A stretch of 64,000 nt of DNA from Candidatus Magasanikbacteria bacterium CG10_big_fil_rev_8_21_14_0_10_47_10 (GTDB taxonomy: Bacteria > Patescibacteriota > Patescibacteriia > Magasanikbacterales > UBA922). Position 1 is the stretch's first letter. Each line of letters opens with the position of its first letter. Positions 19,756-30,229 of the stretch are shown one piece after another. The position numbers and the translations under genes are program-made. The notes beneath the pieces are model-generated. The model had not been told where the DNA came from, did no database searches, and saw nothing but the letters and a program-made list of their open reading frames with translations. The stretch lies in NCBI GenBank assembly GCA_002773135.1, contig PFCB01000022.1, positions 7,591 through 71,590 of the forward strand, in the 5' to 3' direction.

Positions 19756-20369
19756 AAATTTTCACAAGAATAAGTAGCAGCTTGATCATATGTGGCATTT
19801 TGGCCGCCGTGCTTGCGAACTACATCATTTTATTTCATCCGTCTTATACGGGAACACATGAAATTTTGTTCTCGCAATATGATACGGTCCTGGTATTTGG
19901 CGGTGGCATGGAATCAGACGGTACAATGAGCGATTTGCAGCGTTTGCGCGTTGACAAAGCAGTGGAGCTTTATCATGAGGCAAAGGTGTCAAAACTGATC
20001 ATGACAGGGGATGACGGTGCGCATCGATTTAACGAGGTAGACGCGATGATGCAGTATGCAATAGAGCATGGTGTGCCGGAAACGGCAGTCAATGTTGACC
20101 CGCACGGGTACAACACGTATAGCAGTTGCTACAGAGCGTCGCATGAATATCAGCTAGAGAGTGTCATTGTGGTATCTCAGTCGTTTCATTTGCCTCGAAT
20201 TGTGTATTTTTGTTCGCAACAGGGGATTCAAACTGCCTATATTACTGCCGATGACCCGGCATATAGCGCGCTGGGTAATCTCTGGACAATGCATATACGA
20301 GAAATGTTAGCACGCGTGAAAGGGGTATGGCAGACACAATTTACAAGGCCAGCGCCCAGGATGTATTAA
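19752..20369 (+). CDS. SanA/YdcF (DUF218) family protein
   Basis: LVFGGG, LIMTGD, NEVDAM, VSQSFHLPR, IREMLAR. Confidence 0.85.
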   Translation: MKIFTRISSSLIICGILAAVLANYIILFHPSYTGTHEILFSQYDTVLVFGGGMESDGTMSDLQRLRVDKAVELYHEAKVSKLIMTGDDGAHRFNEVDAMMQYAIEHGVPETAVNVDPHGYNTYSSCYRASHEYQLESVIVVSQSFHLPRIVYFCSQQGIQTAYITADDPAYSALGNLWTMHIREMLARVKGVWQTQFTRPAPRMY

Positions 20370-20398
20370 AAAAGAAGAGCGGAAGCTCTTCTTTTTTT
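20368..20398. terminator. Bidirectional terminator
   Basis: AAAAAAGAAGAGC-GGAA-GCTCTTCTTTTTT between convergent genes. Confidence 0.8.
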
Positions 20399-20402
20399 AC
20401 GC

Positions 20403-20921
20403 TTAATTTCCTGGAACAGATATCATCACGTCATTGCTATAGACGGTGCACACGTCGTTTTCAACCACGCACAGGCGAAAGTGTGCGTCGCCATCCGGGA
20501 GTCCTTCCCAGATTAAATTCCTGTGCGCCGGACCACGCTCCCACCACCAGCTGGCCGGATAGGTTGGGTTCTCTTCCTCTCCACGAGCAAAGCGAAATCC
20601 CTCTGCGCGCTCCGATAGGTCGCTGGATATGGCCCAATCAAATTTCACTGTGCCTTTTCCTTGTGCAGATCCTGACAGGGTGACGCCTGACTCCGAAAGT
20701 ACCTCCTCCGTCACTTTTTGGTCGTCCGTTGCTTTGTCTTCACTTTGCACATCTCCGTTCTCCATCTCTTCGGAGAACTCGCCCTTTGCCTGTTCTGTTT
20801 CTATCGTCGCGGCATCGTCCATCTGCTCTGCATCGTCGGCTTCTTGATACGCCGCGCAGCCCTGCCCAACGAGGACTACCGCAGATATAAGCAAAAGCCC
20901 CTGGATAAATGTTCTCTTCAT
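20403..20921 (-). CDS. Putative lipoprotein, acidic linker plus FN3/Ig-like C-terminal domain
   Basis: Signal peptide ending VLVGQGC; C-terminal HFRLCVVENDVCTVYSN. Confidence 0.7.
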   Translation of the reverse strand: MKRTFIQGLLLISAVVLVGQGCAAYQEADDAEQMDDAATIETEQAKGEFSEEMENGDVQSEDKATDDQKVTEEVLSESGVTLSGSAQGKGTVKFDWAISSDLSERAEGFRFARGEEENPTYPASWWWERGPAHRNLIWEGLPDGDAHFRLCVVENDVCTVYSNDVMISVPGN

Positions 20922-21061
20922 ACGTTCGGGTTAGTGAGTTACACTGTATAGTGTATAATAGCCATGCTGTCATTGACAAGCGTGTCACTCCATGTATACT
21001 GCGACAAGATCATTTACTCTTAATTGTTTAGTACAAGCCCGACCGGGGCATTTTTGTGTTT

Positions 21062-23644
21062 ATGCAAGAAAAAATAATCATAAAAGGGGCACGTGAGCAC
21101 AACTTAAAAAATATAAGTCTGGAGCTTCCTCGCAATAGCATGATCGTCTTTACCGGCTTATCCGGTTCCGGGAAATCTTCCCTGGCCTTTGACACGATCT
21201 TTGCCGAGGGACAGCGAAGATATATTGAGAGCCTTTCATCCTACGCTCGGCAGTTTTTAGGTGGGATGCAAAAGCCGGATGTTGATGAAATAGAAGGTTT
21301 GTCCCCGGCCATCTCTATTGATCAGAAGGCTCATTCGGCGAATCCGAGGTCCACTGTATCGACCATAACCGAATTGTATGATTATCTTCGGGTACTTTTT
21401 GCCCGTGTCGGGCATCCGTATTGCCCTGTCTGTGGCGAAAAAATTGAAAAGATGAGTATAGATGCGATGGTCGAAAACGTCGCCGCAAAAATGGAGGATT
21501 CAACACAGACCCCGGAGAAATCCTCAAAAAATGAGGTCGTTATCTTGGCGCCCGTCGTGCGCGGCCGAAAAGGGGAATATTATCAAATGCTGTATGATAT
21601 GTATAACAGCGGTTACCTGGAAGTGAGAATAGACGGAAAAATATTGAGTCTTAAAGAGCGGATCAAACTTTCAAAAAACAAGAAGCACACTATCGAAATT
21701 GTCATAGACAAAATTCCCGGCAGCATCGCGCGGCAGGAGCCGGCGCCGCGCCTAGCGGAGGGGGTGGAGACAGCGGTTGAGTTATCTGATGGGCTCTGCT
21801 CGGTTATCTTTCCGAATGGACACGAGCAAGTGTACAGCACGCAATACGCGTGTCCGAATGATGGATATAGTTTTCCGGAGATTGAACCGCGCATGTTTAG
21901 CTTTAACAGTCCCTACGGATATTGTCAGGCGTGCACCGGATTGGGAACCAAGGAAATATTTAGCGAGGAGATTTGTTCGGTCTGTCAAGGAAAGCGCCTT
22001 AATGAAAATGCGCTGAGCGTTAAGGTAAGCGAAAAGAATATCTGGGAGGTTACTGATTTTACAATCGGCAGGGCAAAAACTTTTTTTGACGCGATTGATA
22101 AAGTGCTGTCCGACAGGGATAAAGAAATAGCAGGTGCCGCATTGCGGGAAATCCGCAATCGGTTGAATTTTTTGCATAATGTGGGGTTGCATTACATCAC
22201 ACTCAATAGGAAAGCCGGAACACTCTCCGGCGGTGAAGCGCAACGTATCCGGCTTGCGTCACAGGTAGGACAGCAGCTGGTAGGATCTCTTTATGTTCTC
22301 GATGAGCCAACCATCGGGTTGCATCAGCGGGACAATGATCGTCTTGTCGCGACCTTGCGAAACCTGTGCGATATTGGCAACACAATTATCGTGGTCGAGC
22401 ATGACGAAGATACTATATTGACCAGTGATTGGGTGGTTGATATCGGACCGGGTGCCGGAACGCATGGCGGCCAAATCGTATATTCCGGCCCATTGGGCGA
22501 GCTGCTTGGAAAAAAGGGAGGAAAGCTAAAAAATGGAGTTTACATTGATACCCAGGGAAGCGCGCGCGAATCCCTCACTGGAAAATACCTGCGGGGCGAG
22601 GAGCGCATTGAGGTGCCCAAAAAAAGAAGGAAGGTGGACAGTTCCACCGCGAAATTAAAGATAAAAAAGGCATCAGAGCACAATCTGAAGCACATTGACG
22701 TGGATATTCCGCTACGACGATTCGTCTGTTTGACGGGCGTTTCCGGTTCCGGGAAGTCAACATTGATGCACAAAATTTTATATCGAGCAGTCGCCAACAA
22801 GCTCAATCATGTAAAGAAAAAAATCGGCGATCACAAGGAGATAACAGGCATTGAATACATTGACAAAATCATTCGAATCGACCAGAGCGCCATTGGCAGA
22901 ACGCCCCGCAGTAATCCAGCAACATATACCAAGGCCTACGATGGAATTCGTGATCTGTTTGCCGCAACAGCAGAGGCGCGTATTCGGGGTTTCAGAAAAG
23001 GGAGATTTAGTTTTAACAGGCCGGGTGGTCGCTGTGAAAATTGCGAGGGTCGTGGCGCACTGCAGATAGAGATGCATTTTTTGCCAAGTGTTGAAATATC
23101 CTGTGATGAATGCTCAGGAAAGCGATTTAACAAAGAAACCTTGCAGGTACACTATAATGGAAAGTCCATTGCGGACGTCCTGAACATGACCATTGAAGAC
23201 GCGGAGGAATTTTTTGCGGACATCCCTTTTATTTTTGATAAGCTCAAAGTACTTAATCAAGTCGGTCTTGGCTACCTGACTCTTGGACAGTCCGCTACTA
23301 CGTTGTCGGGCGGTGAAGCACAGCGCATTAAGCTCTCAAAAGAGCTGGCTAAGCGAAATACAACCAAAACATTGTATTTGCTCGATGAGCCCACCACAGG
23401 ACTGCACTATGACGATGTGAAAAAATTGATAGGCGTGATACAAGACCTGGTTTCAAAGGGCAACACGGTTATGACAATAGAACATAATTTGGATGTCATA
23501 AAGTGTGCTGACTGGATCATTGACCTTGGCCCCGAGGGGGGTGATAAAGGCGGAACAGTGGTGGCGACTGGAACGCCCGAAGAGATAGCGCAGAAAAGTA
23601 CCGCAAGTTACACAGGCGCATACTTGAAGAGATTCTTAGCGTAG
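21062..23644 (+). CDS. uvrA: Excinuclease ABC subunit A
   Basis: GAREHNLKN, two Walker A motifs (GLSGSGKS, GVSGSGKS), LSGGEAQRI twice, zinc fingers. Confidence 0.98.
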   Translation: MQEKIIIKGAREHNLKNISLELPRNSMIVFTGLSGSGKSSLAFDTIFAEGQRRYIESLSSYARQFLGGMQKPDVDEIEGLSPAISIDQKAHSANPRSTVSTITELYDYLRVLFARVGHPYCPVCGEKIEKMSIDAMVENVAAKMEDSTQTPEKSSKNEVVILAPVVRGRKGEYYQMLYDMYNSGYLEVRIDGKILSLKERIKLSKNKKHTIEIVIDKIPGSIARQEPAPRLAEGVETAVELSDGLCSVIFPNGHEQVYSTQYACPNDGYSFPEIEPRMFSFNSPYGYCQACTGLGTKEIFSEEICSVCQGKRLNENALSVKVSEKNIWEVTDFTIGRAKTFFDAIDKVLSDRDKEIAGAALREIRNRLNFLHNVGLHYITLNRKAGTLSGGEAQRIRLASQVGQQLVGSLYVLDEPTIGLHQRDNDRLVATLRNLCDIGNTIIVVEHDEDTILTSDWVVDIGPGAGTHGGQIVYSGPLGELLGKKGGKLKNGVYIDTQGSARESLTGKYLRGEERIEVPKKRRKVDSSTAKLKIKKASEHNLKHIDVDIPLRRFVCLTGVSGSGKSTLMHKILYRAVANKLNHVKKKIGDHKEITGIEYIDKIIRIDQSAIGRTPRSNPATYTKAYDGIRDLFAATAEARIRGFRKGRFSFNRPGGRCENCEGRGALQIEMHFLPSVEISCDECSGKRFNKETLQVHYNGKSIADVLNMTIEDAEEFFADIPFIFDKLKVLNQVGLGYLTLGQSATTLSGGEAQRIKLSKELAKRNTTKTLYLLDEPTTGLHYDDVKKLIGVIQDLVSKGNTVMTIEHNLDVIKCADWIIDLGPEGGDKGGTVVATGTPEEIAQKSTASYTGAYLKRFLA

Positions 23645-23703
23645 TGGACAACGACACAAAAAAATTCGTCCAAGCGAGTTTTTTTTGCTATACTACTTTC
23701 AAT

Positions 23704-25533
23704 ATGAAACGCAGGAACATCACTATTATTGTATTAGTTCTCGTGATACTGAGCTTGGCTCTGCTTTATTATACACTGCGTTCGCCGGCTGTTGCATACG
23801 ACATTTCGTGGGTTCCCGTTGAACAGGGTGAGCTGGTACAAACTGTTTCAGAAACCGGAACAGTCACATCGGACGATGTACTTGCCTACGGGTGGGAGGT
23901 GAGTGGCAGGGTGTCGGTCATACATAAAAAAATCGGGGACGTGGTGCTAAAAGGTGATGTCATTGCGGAGTTGGAAAATGGGCAGCAGTCCTCGGCGGTT
24001 AAGGAAGCGGATGCCACAGTTGCTGCGGCTCAGGCTTTTCTAAATCGAGAATTGGCGGGTCATACACCCGAACGTGTGCAGGAGTCATTCTCGTCAATCG
24101 CGCAATATGAAGCCGCCCTCTCTCAATCAAAGGCTGAGCTGCTCAAAACACAGGTGACTGCGCAGAAGGCCATCGACGCGGCACAGCAGGCCCTTCGAGA
24201 TGCTGAAAATGACCTGCAGCGTCTGGATGTCACGCATGTATCTCAAATTACACAGTCCGCGTATGATGATTTGCGGACAACGCTTCAGCTGACCATCACA
24301 AAGTTGAACAAGGCACTGCTTGAGGCGGACTTGATTCTGGGGGTTGACGACAAGGACGTTAATGATTCTTTTGAATATTTGCTGGGCGCGTCGGACGTAT
24401 CAACCTATACGCGAGCGGTTCGGTCATACCGCAACGCGCGAGCGACAATCAGGACGCTTGAGCCGCTTGTTTTTTCGCTGACTCGAAATGCCGACTCGGA
24501 GATACTAAACGCAGCTGCCCGTGACGTGCAGGATGCGGGCGATTTGACGCAACTCATGATGTTGCACGTGCAGCAATTATTGTCTGCATCAGAAGGTGTT
24601 TTCATTGACGCAACCCAGGCAACGCTGGACGGCTTTAAAAATAGCATCTCGACCCAGCAGACAGCGGTAGCGACGGCAGAAGCGGCGCTGATCGACGCGG
24701 TGCAGGCAGTGGAGAGCGCAAAGAATTCGGTCGTGACCACCCAAATAGCATATGAGTCATCTGTGCTGAATTTTTCTCATGCCCAGAAGCAGGGCGACGC
24801 TGATACGGCTGTAGCGCAGGCGCGTGTTGAGGCTGATGAAGCAAGGTTAGTGCAGGTACAAGCTGCGCATAGCAATCTTGTTGCGCCACCACGAGCGGTT
24901 GATGTTGCCGCACTGCGAGCTGACGTTGCAAGGGCGGTCGCGGCTCGGGATAGAGCCATTGATACGCTTGAAAAAACACGGCTGGTGGCCCAGGCCGATG
25001 GGGTGATCTCGCGGCTTGAGGTGGCAGTGGGAGAAAATGTCACTGCTCAGATGGAAATAGTGATGCTTATCTCGGACACTCTTTTTGTCGATGTGGACAT
25101 TTCAGAGTCTGACATTGCAAAGGTGCATATTGGGGACTCAGTCACCGTCACGTTGGACGCCTTTGGTGATGAACGCGTCTTTACGGGGACAGTTCGTGCT
25201 GTTGAGCCAGGGGAAACGGAAATATCAGGTGTTATATATTACAATACGGACATTGCATTTGATAAAAATGGTGTTGAAGGCGTTAAAGCGGGAATGACCG
25301 CCAACATTATTATTTATACTGATAACCGCTCAGACGCGCTGTTTGTTCCATCTCGAGCCGTCCTTGGCCAAAATGGCAGACGTTTTGTGCGTGTACTGCT
25401 CGATGAAACAAAGGGCAAATTTGAGGAAAGAGATGTCACGGTGGGACTTCGCGGCGATGATGGCAAGATAGAAATACTATCCGGCGTGCGCGCGAATGAG
25501 CCGGTTATTACCTTCCTGCGTGAAAGAGAATAA
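23704..25533 (+). CDS. Membrane fusion/adaptor protein (MacA/YknX-like) with long coiled coil
   Basis: N-terminal TM, VSGRV...GDVV, long helical region, ISESDIAKVHIG, GMTANI. Confidence 0.85.
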   Translation: MKRRNITIIVLVLVILSLALLYYTLRSPAVAYDISWVPVEQGELVQTVSETGTVTSDDVLAYGWEVSGRVSVIHKKIGDVVLKGDVIAELENGQQSSAVKEADATVAAAQAFLNRELAGHTPERVQESFSSIAQYEAALSQSKAELLKTQVTAQKAIDAAQQALRDAENDLQRLDVTHVSQITQSAYDDLRTTLQLTITKLNKALLEADLILGVDDKDVNDSFEYLLGASDVSTYTRAVRSYRNARATIRTLEPLVFSLTRNADSEILNAAARDVQDAGDLTQLMMLHVQQLLSASEGVFIDATQATLDGFKNSISTQQTAVATAEAALIDAVQAVESAKNSVVTTQIAYESSVLNFSHAQKQGDADTAVAQARVEADEARLVQVQAAHSNLVAPPRAVDVAALRADVARAVAARDRAIDTLEKTRLVAQADGVISRLEVAVGENVTAQMEIVMLISDTLFVDVDISESDIAKVHIGDSVTVTLDAFGDERVFTGTVRAVEPGETEISGVIYYNTDIAFDKNGVEGVKAGMTANIIIYTDNRSDALFVPSRAVLGQNGRRFVRVLLDETKGKFEERDVTVGLRGDDGKIEILSGVRANEPVITFLRERE

Positions 25534-25537
25534 ACGT

Positions 25538-26257
25538 ATGCCTGTAAAAAAGCCCCTTTTGATACAAGCAAGGAACATTACCAAGCAATATGAGACGGGC
25601 GAGGTGATCACACGGGTCTTACATGGTGTTGATCTTGCTGTTGAAGAAGGTGATTTTCTCGCGATCATGGGACCAAGCGGTTCGGGAAAATCCACGTTCA
25701 TGCATATATTGAGCTTTCTGGATTCTCCTACCAGCGGCACCTATGCATTTCGTGGAGAGAATGTATCCAGCCTCACAGAAAATGAATTGGCGAAAATGAG
25801 GAATGAGAGACTTGGTTTTGTGTTTCAATCGTTTAATCTTCTCCCACGAACGACTGTATTTGACAACGTGTCATTGCCTCTTATCTATGCGAAGCAGACC
25901 TTTTCCAGGCAGCGAGTTTTTGACGCGATTGCGGCGGTCGGATTGACTGAACGGGCGCACCATTTTTCAAATCAGCTGTCCGGAGGAGAGAAGCAGCGCG
26001 TGGCTATTGCCAGAGCTATTATCAACAAACCGGATATCATATTTGCGGATGAACCAACAGGAAATTTGGATTCAAAAGCCGGGGCACAGATTTTAAACAT
26101 TTTGCAGTCCTTAAATAAGGACGGAAAAACGATATTGATGGTAACGCATGAGCAAGATGCCGCTGATCACGCGAAACGCATCGTCCGCATTCGCGATGGA
26201 CGGATTATTTCGGATAAAAAAGTGGCAAAGAGGAGTCACGCCGTGGTCGAGTCATAG
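25538..26257 (+). CDS. ABC transporter ATP-binding protein (MacB/LolD-like)
   Basis: [32 protein letters not shown]. Confidence 0.95.
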   Translation: MPVKKPLLIQARNITKQYETGEVITRVLHGVDLAVEEGDFLAIMGPSGSGKSTFMHILSFLDSPTSGTYAFRGENVSSLTENELAKMRNERLGFVFQSFNLLPRTTVFDNVSLPLIYAKQTFSRQRVFDAIAAVGLTERAHHFSNQLSGGEKQRVAIARAIINKPDIIFADEPTGNLDSKAGAQILNILQSLNKDGKTILMVTHEQDAADHAKRIVRIRDGRIISDKKVAKRSHAVVES

Positions 26258-26262
26258 GTTGT

Positions 26263-27489
26263 ATGCAGATAAAACGCACTGCTATCCTTGCCCTAAAAAG
26301 TATGCAGGCCCAGAAGCGGAGGGCTTTTTTAACAATGCTTGGTATTATTATCGGCATTTTTTCCGTTGTGCTGGTTATGTCAATAGGCGCGGGCGCGCAA
26401 GGAATTATTTTGGATCAGGTTGAGCGCCGCGGTCCGACTCAAATTGTTATTTTACCCGGTGCAAGCGATTCAGCAGGACCGCCGGCGCAGGCTCTTGGTA
26501 TTATAATTACATCACTCACTGACGAGGACAGAGATGCGCTTTTGGATAAAGATAACGTAACACACCTCGCTGATCTCACGGGATATATCTTGGGGAATGG
26601 TATTTTGAGTTGGCAAGGTGATGAGCAGTCGGCCACGTTTACGGGCGCAAGCGCCAGTTACGAGCGTGTGGAGCGGATTGATATTACCGAGGGTATTTTT
26701 TTTACCGAGGAAGACGAAAAAGCACGTGAGAAAGTAATTGTACTTGGTTCCAATCTCCGAGAAGATATATTTGGCAACCAGGATGCCGTTGGCCAGCGAC
26801 TCAAGCTGGACGGGATACAATTTCGAGTTATCGGTGTGATGGCCGCAAAGGGGGCCAGTCCGATTGAAGACGTGGATAACGCGGCGATCATACCACTTTC
26901 AGTGGTACAGCGGGATCTGCTGGGCGTGCGTCATGTATCATTTATGCGCGGAGATGTGTCTGATGCCCGTTTTATTGATCAAACCGTAGAGGAAATCCGC
27001 AGTACATTGATAGAACGGCATGGGGAAGAAGATTTTTCAGTGCGGAATATAGCGGACGCGCTGGAAATAATTCGTACGATCACGGACGCGCTTAAGTTTT
27101 TTCTTGTGGGTATCGCGGCCATTTCTTTGTTTGTCGGTGGAGTTGGTGTTATGAATATCATGTTGATCGCTGTTAGAGAAAAAACGCGAGAGATTGGTCT
27201 GCGCAAAGCCGTAGGGGCCACCCGCAGCGATATTTTATTTCAATTCTTGGCGGAAACATTTGTCATTACAATCATAGGGACGTTTGTCGGTTTTCTCTTG
27301 GGAAGCGCGCTTGCGTACGCGATTGCACTGGGTGTGCAGTCACTGGGTTACGCGTATCCCTTTGCCATTTCAATGGCAGGTGCGTTGGTATCTTTCGTGA
27401 TAGCACTCATTATTGCACTCATATTTGGCATTGTTCCCGCCAGTAGAGCCTCCGATTTAAATCCTATTGACGCGCTGCGATATGAATAA
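26263..27489 (+). CDS. ABC permease (MacB/FtsX family)
   Basis: [43 protein letters not shown]. Confidence 0.93.
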   Translation: MQIKRTAILALKSMQAQKRRAFLTMLGIIIGIFSVVLVMSIGAGAQGIILDQVERRGPTQIVILPGASDSAGPPAQALGIIITSLTDEDRDALLDKDNVTHLADLTGYILGNGILSWQGDEQSATFTGASASYERVERIDITEGIFFTEEDEKAREKVIVLGSNLREDIFGNQDAVGQRLKLDGIQFRVIGVMAAKGASPIEDVDNAAIIPLSVVQRDLLGVRHVSFMRGDVSDARFIDQTVEEIRSTLIERHGEEDFSVRNIADALEIIRTITDALKFFLVGIAAISLFVGGVGVMNIMLIAVREKTREIGLRKAVGATRSDILFQFLAETFVITIIGTFVGFLLGSALAYAIALGVQSLGYAYPFAISMAGALVSFVIALIIALIFGIVPASRASDLNPIDALRYE

Positions 27490-27495
27490 TGCACT

Positions 27496-28740
27496 ATGAG
27501 CCGTATCCCTCTGATACTTGCCATGCAGACATTGAAAAAAAATGGACTGCGCAGCATATTAACAGTATTTGGAATTACCATCGGTGTTGCGATGGTGGTG
27601 CTTGTGTTATCTGCGGGGATTGGGGTAAAAACGCTTGTGCTCGGAGAGGTGTCGCAGTTTGGAGATGATTGGATCGATATAGAAATTAAAATTCCGTCAG
27701 CGGGAAAGACCTCGATTGAAAACGCAACCTCTGTAACAAAGGGTGTCTCAATTACAACCCTCACGCAAGGGGACATGCGTGCCGTCGTGGGACTTGATAA
27801 TGTCCGCAACGCCTATGCCGGGATCACAACGCAGGCTGTTGTTTCGTACGGAGCGCAGAAGGAACGTCCATCCGTTTTTGGCGTGTCTGCCAGCTACAAT
27901 GACATAGACAAGACCGAGATAGTGGATGGACGTTTTTTCACCAGTGAAGAGGATCAGGCTGCTGCACAGGTTGTTGTCCTTGGTCATGAAATACGCAGTA
28001 CGCTATTTGGCAATCAAGAGGCGATTGGAACAACCGTAAAAATCGATGGCAGGGGTTTTCGTGTTATTGGTGTGTTTGAAGAGATCGGAGCAGCCGCGTT
28101 TATTAACCTCGATGAACTGGTGTACATTCCCGTGACAACGGTACAAAAGAAAATGATGGGGATTGATCATGTCCTTTGGATTATTGGACAGGTCAAAGAT
28201 AACAGCAAGGCAGAGAGCACTGCGGAGGAAATACGGTCACTCATTCGTCAGCGACACTCGATCACTGATCCGGATAAGGATGATTTCTCGGTAACAACGC
28301 AGGGAGAGGCGCTTGCTATTGTGGACACGGTTTTTGTTGCCATCACCTGGCTGCTTGTCGGCCTTGCTACCGTATCGTTGCTCGTCGGGGGCGTAGGCAT
28401 TATGAATGTCATGTATGTGTCTGTCGCAGAGCGGACATTTGAAATTGGCCTGCGCAAAGCCGTCGGCGCGACACGTCGAGATATCTTGTTGCAATTTTTA
28501 ACAGAGGCCACGTTTATTACCTTTGTGGGCGCAGTTATGGGTGTGTTGCTGGGGATTGCACTATCGTTTACAATGAGTGTTCTTGCGCGCACGTTTGGCG
28601 TTGAGCTGCAATTCGCCGTATCTGTGACGGGAATTGTAATTTCGATACTATTCTCTACCGCAGTTGGTCTTTTTTTCGGTCTCCAGCCCGCGCGAAATGC
28701 CGCCTCGCTGGATCCGATAGAGGCGCTTCGGAAGGAGTAG
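27496..28740 (+). CDS. ABC permease (MacB/FtsX family), second paralog
   Basis: [35 protein letters not shown]. Confidence 0.93.
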   Translation: MSRIPLILAMQTLKKNGLRSILTVFGITIGVAMVVLVLSAGIGVKTLVLGEVSQFGDDWIDIEIKIPSAGKTSIENATSVTKGVSITTLTQGDMRAVVGLDNVRNAYAGITTQAVVSYGAQKERPSVFGVSASYNDIDKTEIVDGRFFTSEEDQAAAQVVVLGHEIRSTLFGNQEAIGTTVKIDGRGFRVIGVFEEIGAAAFINLDELVYIPVTTVQKKMMGIDHVLWIIGQVKDNSKAESTAEEIRSLIRQRHSITDPDKDDFSVTTQGEALAIVDTVFVAITWLLVGLATVSLLVGGVGIMNVMYVSVAERTFEIGLRKAVGATRRDILLQFLTEATFITFVGAVMGVLLGIALSFTMSVLARTFGVELQFAVSVTGIVISILFSTAVGLFFGLQPARNAASLDPIEALRKE

Positions 28741-28761
28741 CAATCCGTACCAACATACTTT

Positions 28762-30171
28762 TTATTGGCCCAACAAGCGCAGGACAACATTGAATGTTCG
28801 AAGAATAATTGAAATATCAAGAAGGAACGATCTGTTTTTGATGTAATACAGATCATACTGAAGCTTTACGAGCGATGCCTCTTTGCTGTCAGCGTAATTT
28901 TGGTGAAGAACAGCCCAGCCACTCAACCCGGGTTTGATCACGTGTCGAAGCGGATAATATGGCATCTCTTCTGTTAACTCGTTTACAAGGTCGGGCCTTT
29001 CCGGCCGAGGCCCGATAAGTGTAATATCCCTGCGCAGTAAATTGAGCACTTGCGGCAGTTCATCTATCCGCATTTTTCTTAAAAAGTTACCGACTGGGGT
29101 TATGCGCTCATCATCCTTGCGCGTAAATTCATACCCGCCAATTTCAGCACTTCCATCCTGCGTGAGGGCGTACATCGAACGAAATTTGTACAGCATAAAT
29201 GTTTCCCCACCCTTGCCAACTCTTTTTTGACTGTAAAAAAGCGGACCTCTTGATGTTAATTTAATAGCCAAAGCGACAAAAGGAAGCAACAGGAGCAGGA
29301 TAACTCCCAAAATAAGTGCCGCCGCATAGTCCATAAGCGATTTCCATCGCTCATAGACAGGAGAGTCCGCGTGCCGCAGATGATCAAGAAACCAAGATTC
29401 GGAAAACGTGGATGGCGGTATACGGCCTGTCAGTCGTTCATAAAAAGCGGGTAAATGAATGAGCTGAACCGGCCAAAAAAGAAGCTCATACAGTTCTCGC
29501 ATGGTTTCTTCATCTCCATGCAAATGACCCGCAATAACAACCATGTCAACACGCTTGTTGGAGATAATTGGACGGAGGGTCTTGATTGCGTGGTAAATGT
29601 CCGTCTGCATGCCCACCTTTTCGTGGGGTGGCAATTTTTTTTCCGGATCAACAAGAGCGCATACTCTGTACCCCTTACTCATGTCTCCCTCAATCAGTGT
29701 CACCAGCTCGCTCACATCTTCCGAATATCCGACAAAGACGACGTTTGTCTGCAATTTTGAGATGCCCAGGAGACGTTCCGCCCCAATACGCCACGCGTAG
29801 AGAAGCGCGTAGCCAATGACGACATTGAACAGAAGAATCGTCTTCGGTGTAATTCCACGGGATGGAATGATATAAAAGAAGACAACACCAACTACCAGCG
29901 ACATCAGGGCTGTGGAGAAAATGCGGCGATCAAAAGCAATTTTATTTGAGCGAAATCGAAGATCATACAAACCGTTAATGTAGTTTACCAGGATCCACAT
30001 CAGGTAAGTAATCGCAAATAGCTTCACGTGCCGCACCGTTACGTCTCCGCTTGGGTACGTCTGGTGACGAAGAACCTGCGCAATAAAAAAACTGGCGACG
30101 AACATGGTCAGGTCACCAACAATCAGCATGAGTTGTTTCAATCGATAGACGACAGTCATATCATTGCCCAC
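28762..30171 (-). CDS. Polyprenyl-phosphate sugar phosphotransferase (Bac_transf, WcaJ/WbaP-like)
   Basis: YKFRSM, DELPQ, GPRPERP, KPGLSGWA, DLYYIKN. Confidence 0.92.
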   Translation of the reverse strand: MGNDMTVVYRLKQLMLIVGDLTMFVASFFIAQVLRHQTYPSGDVTVRHVKLFAITYLMWILVNYINGLYDLRFRSNKIAFDRRIFSTALMSLVVGVVFFYIIPSRGITPKTILLFNVVIGYALLYAWRIGAERLLGISKLQTNVVFVGYSEDVSELVTLIEGDMSKGYRVCALVDPEKKLPPHEKVGMQTDIYHAIKTLRPIISNKRVDMVVIAGHLHGDEETMRELYELLFWPVQLIHLPAFYERLTGRIPPSTFSESWFLDHLRHADSPVYERWKSLMDYAAALILGVILLLLLPFVALAIKLTSRGPLFYSQKRVGKGGETFMLYKFRSMYALTQDGSAEIGGYEFTRKDDERITPVGNFLRKMRIDELPQVLNLLRRDITLIGPRPERPDLVNELTEEMPYYPLRHVIKPGLSGWAVLHQNYADSKEASLVKLQYDLYYIKNRSFLLDISIILRTFNVVLRLLGQ

Positions 30172-30229
30172 GCGCTTCTTTTTTAGTATACTATCATCAT
30201 TCGTTTAGTGCATCAGTTATAGCACAGGT

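Noticed and set aside
23704..28740. MacAB-like exporter with two permeases as a novel system
   Set aside because: A common architecture in bacteria lacking an outer membrane
30185..30192. AGTATACT palindrome as a repressor box
   Set aside because: Explained by back-to-back TATACT -10 elements of divergent genes
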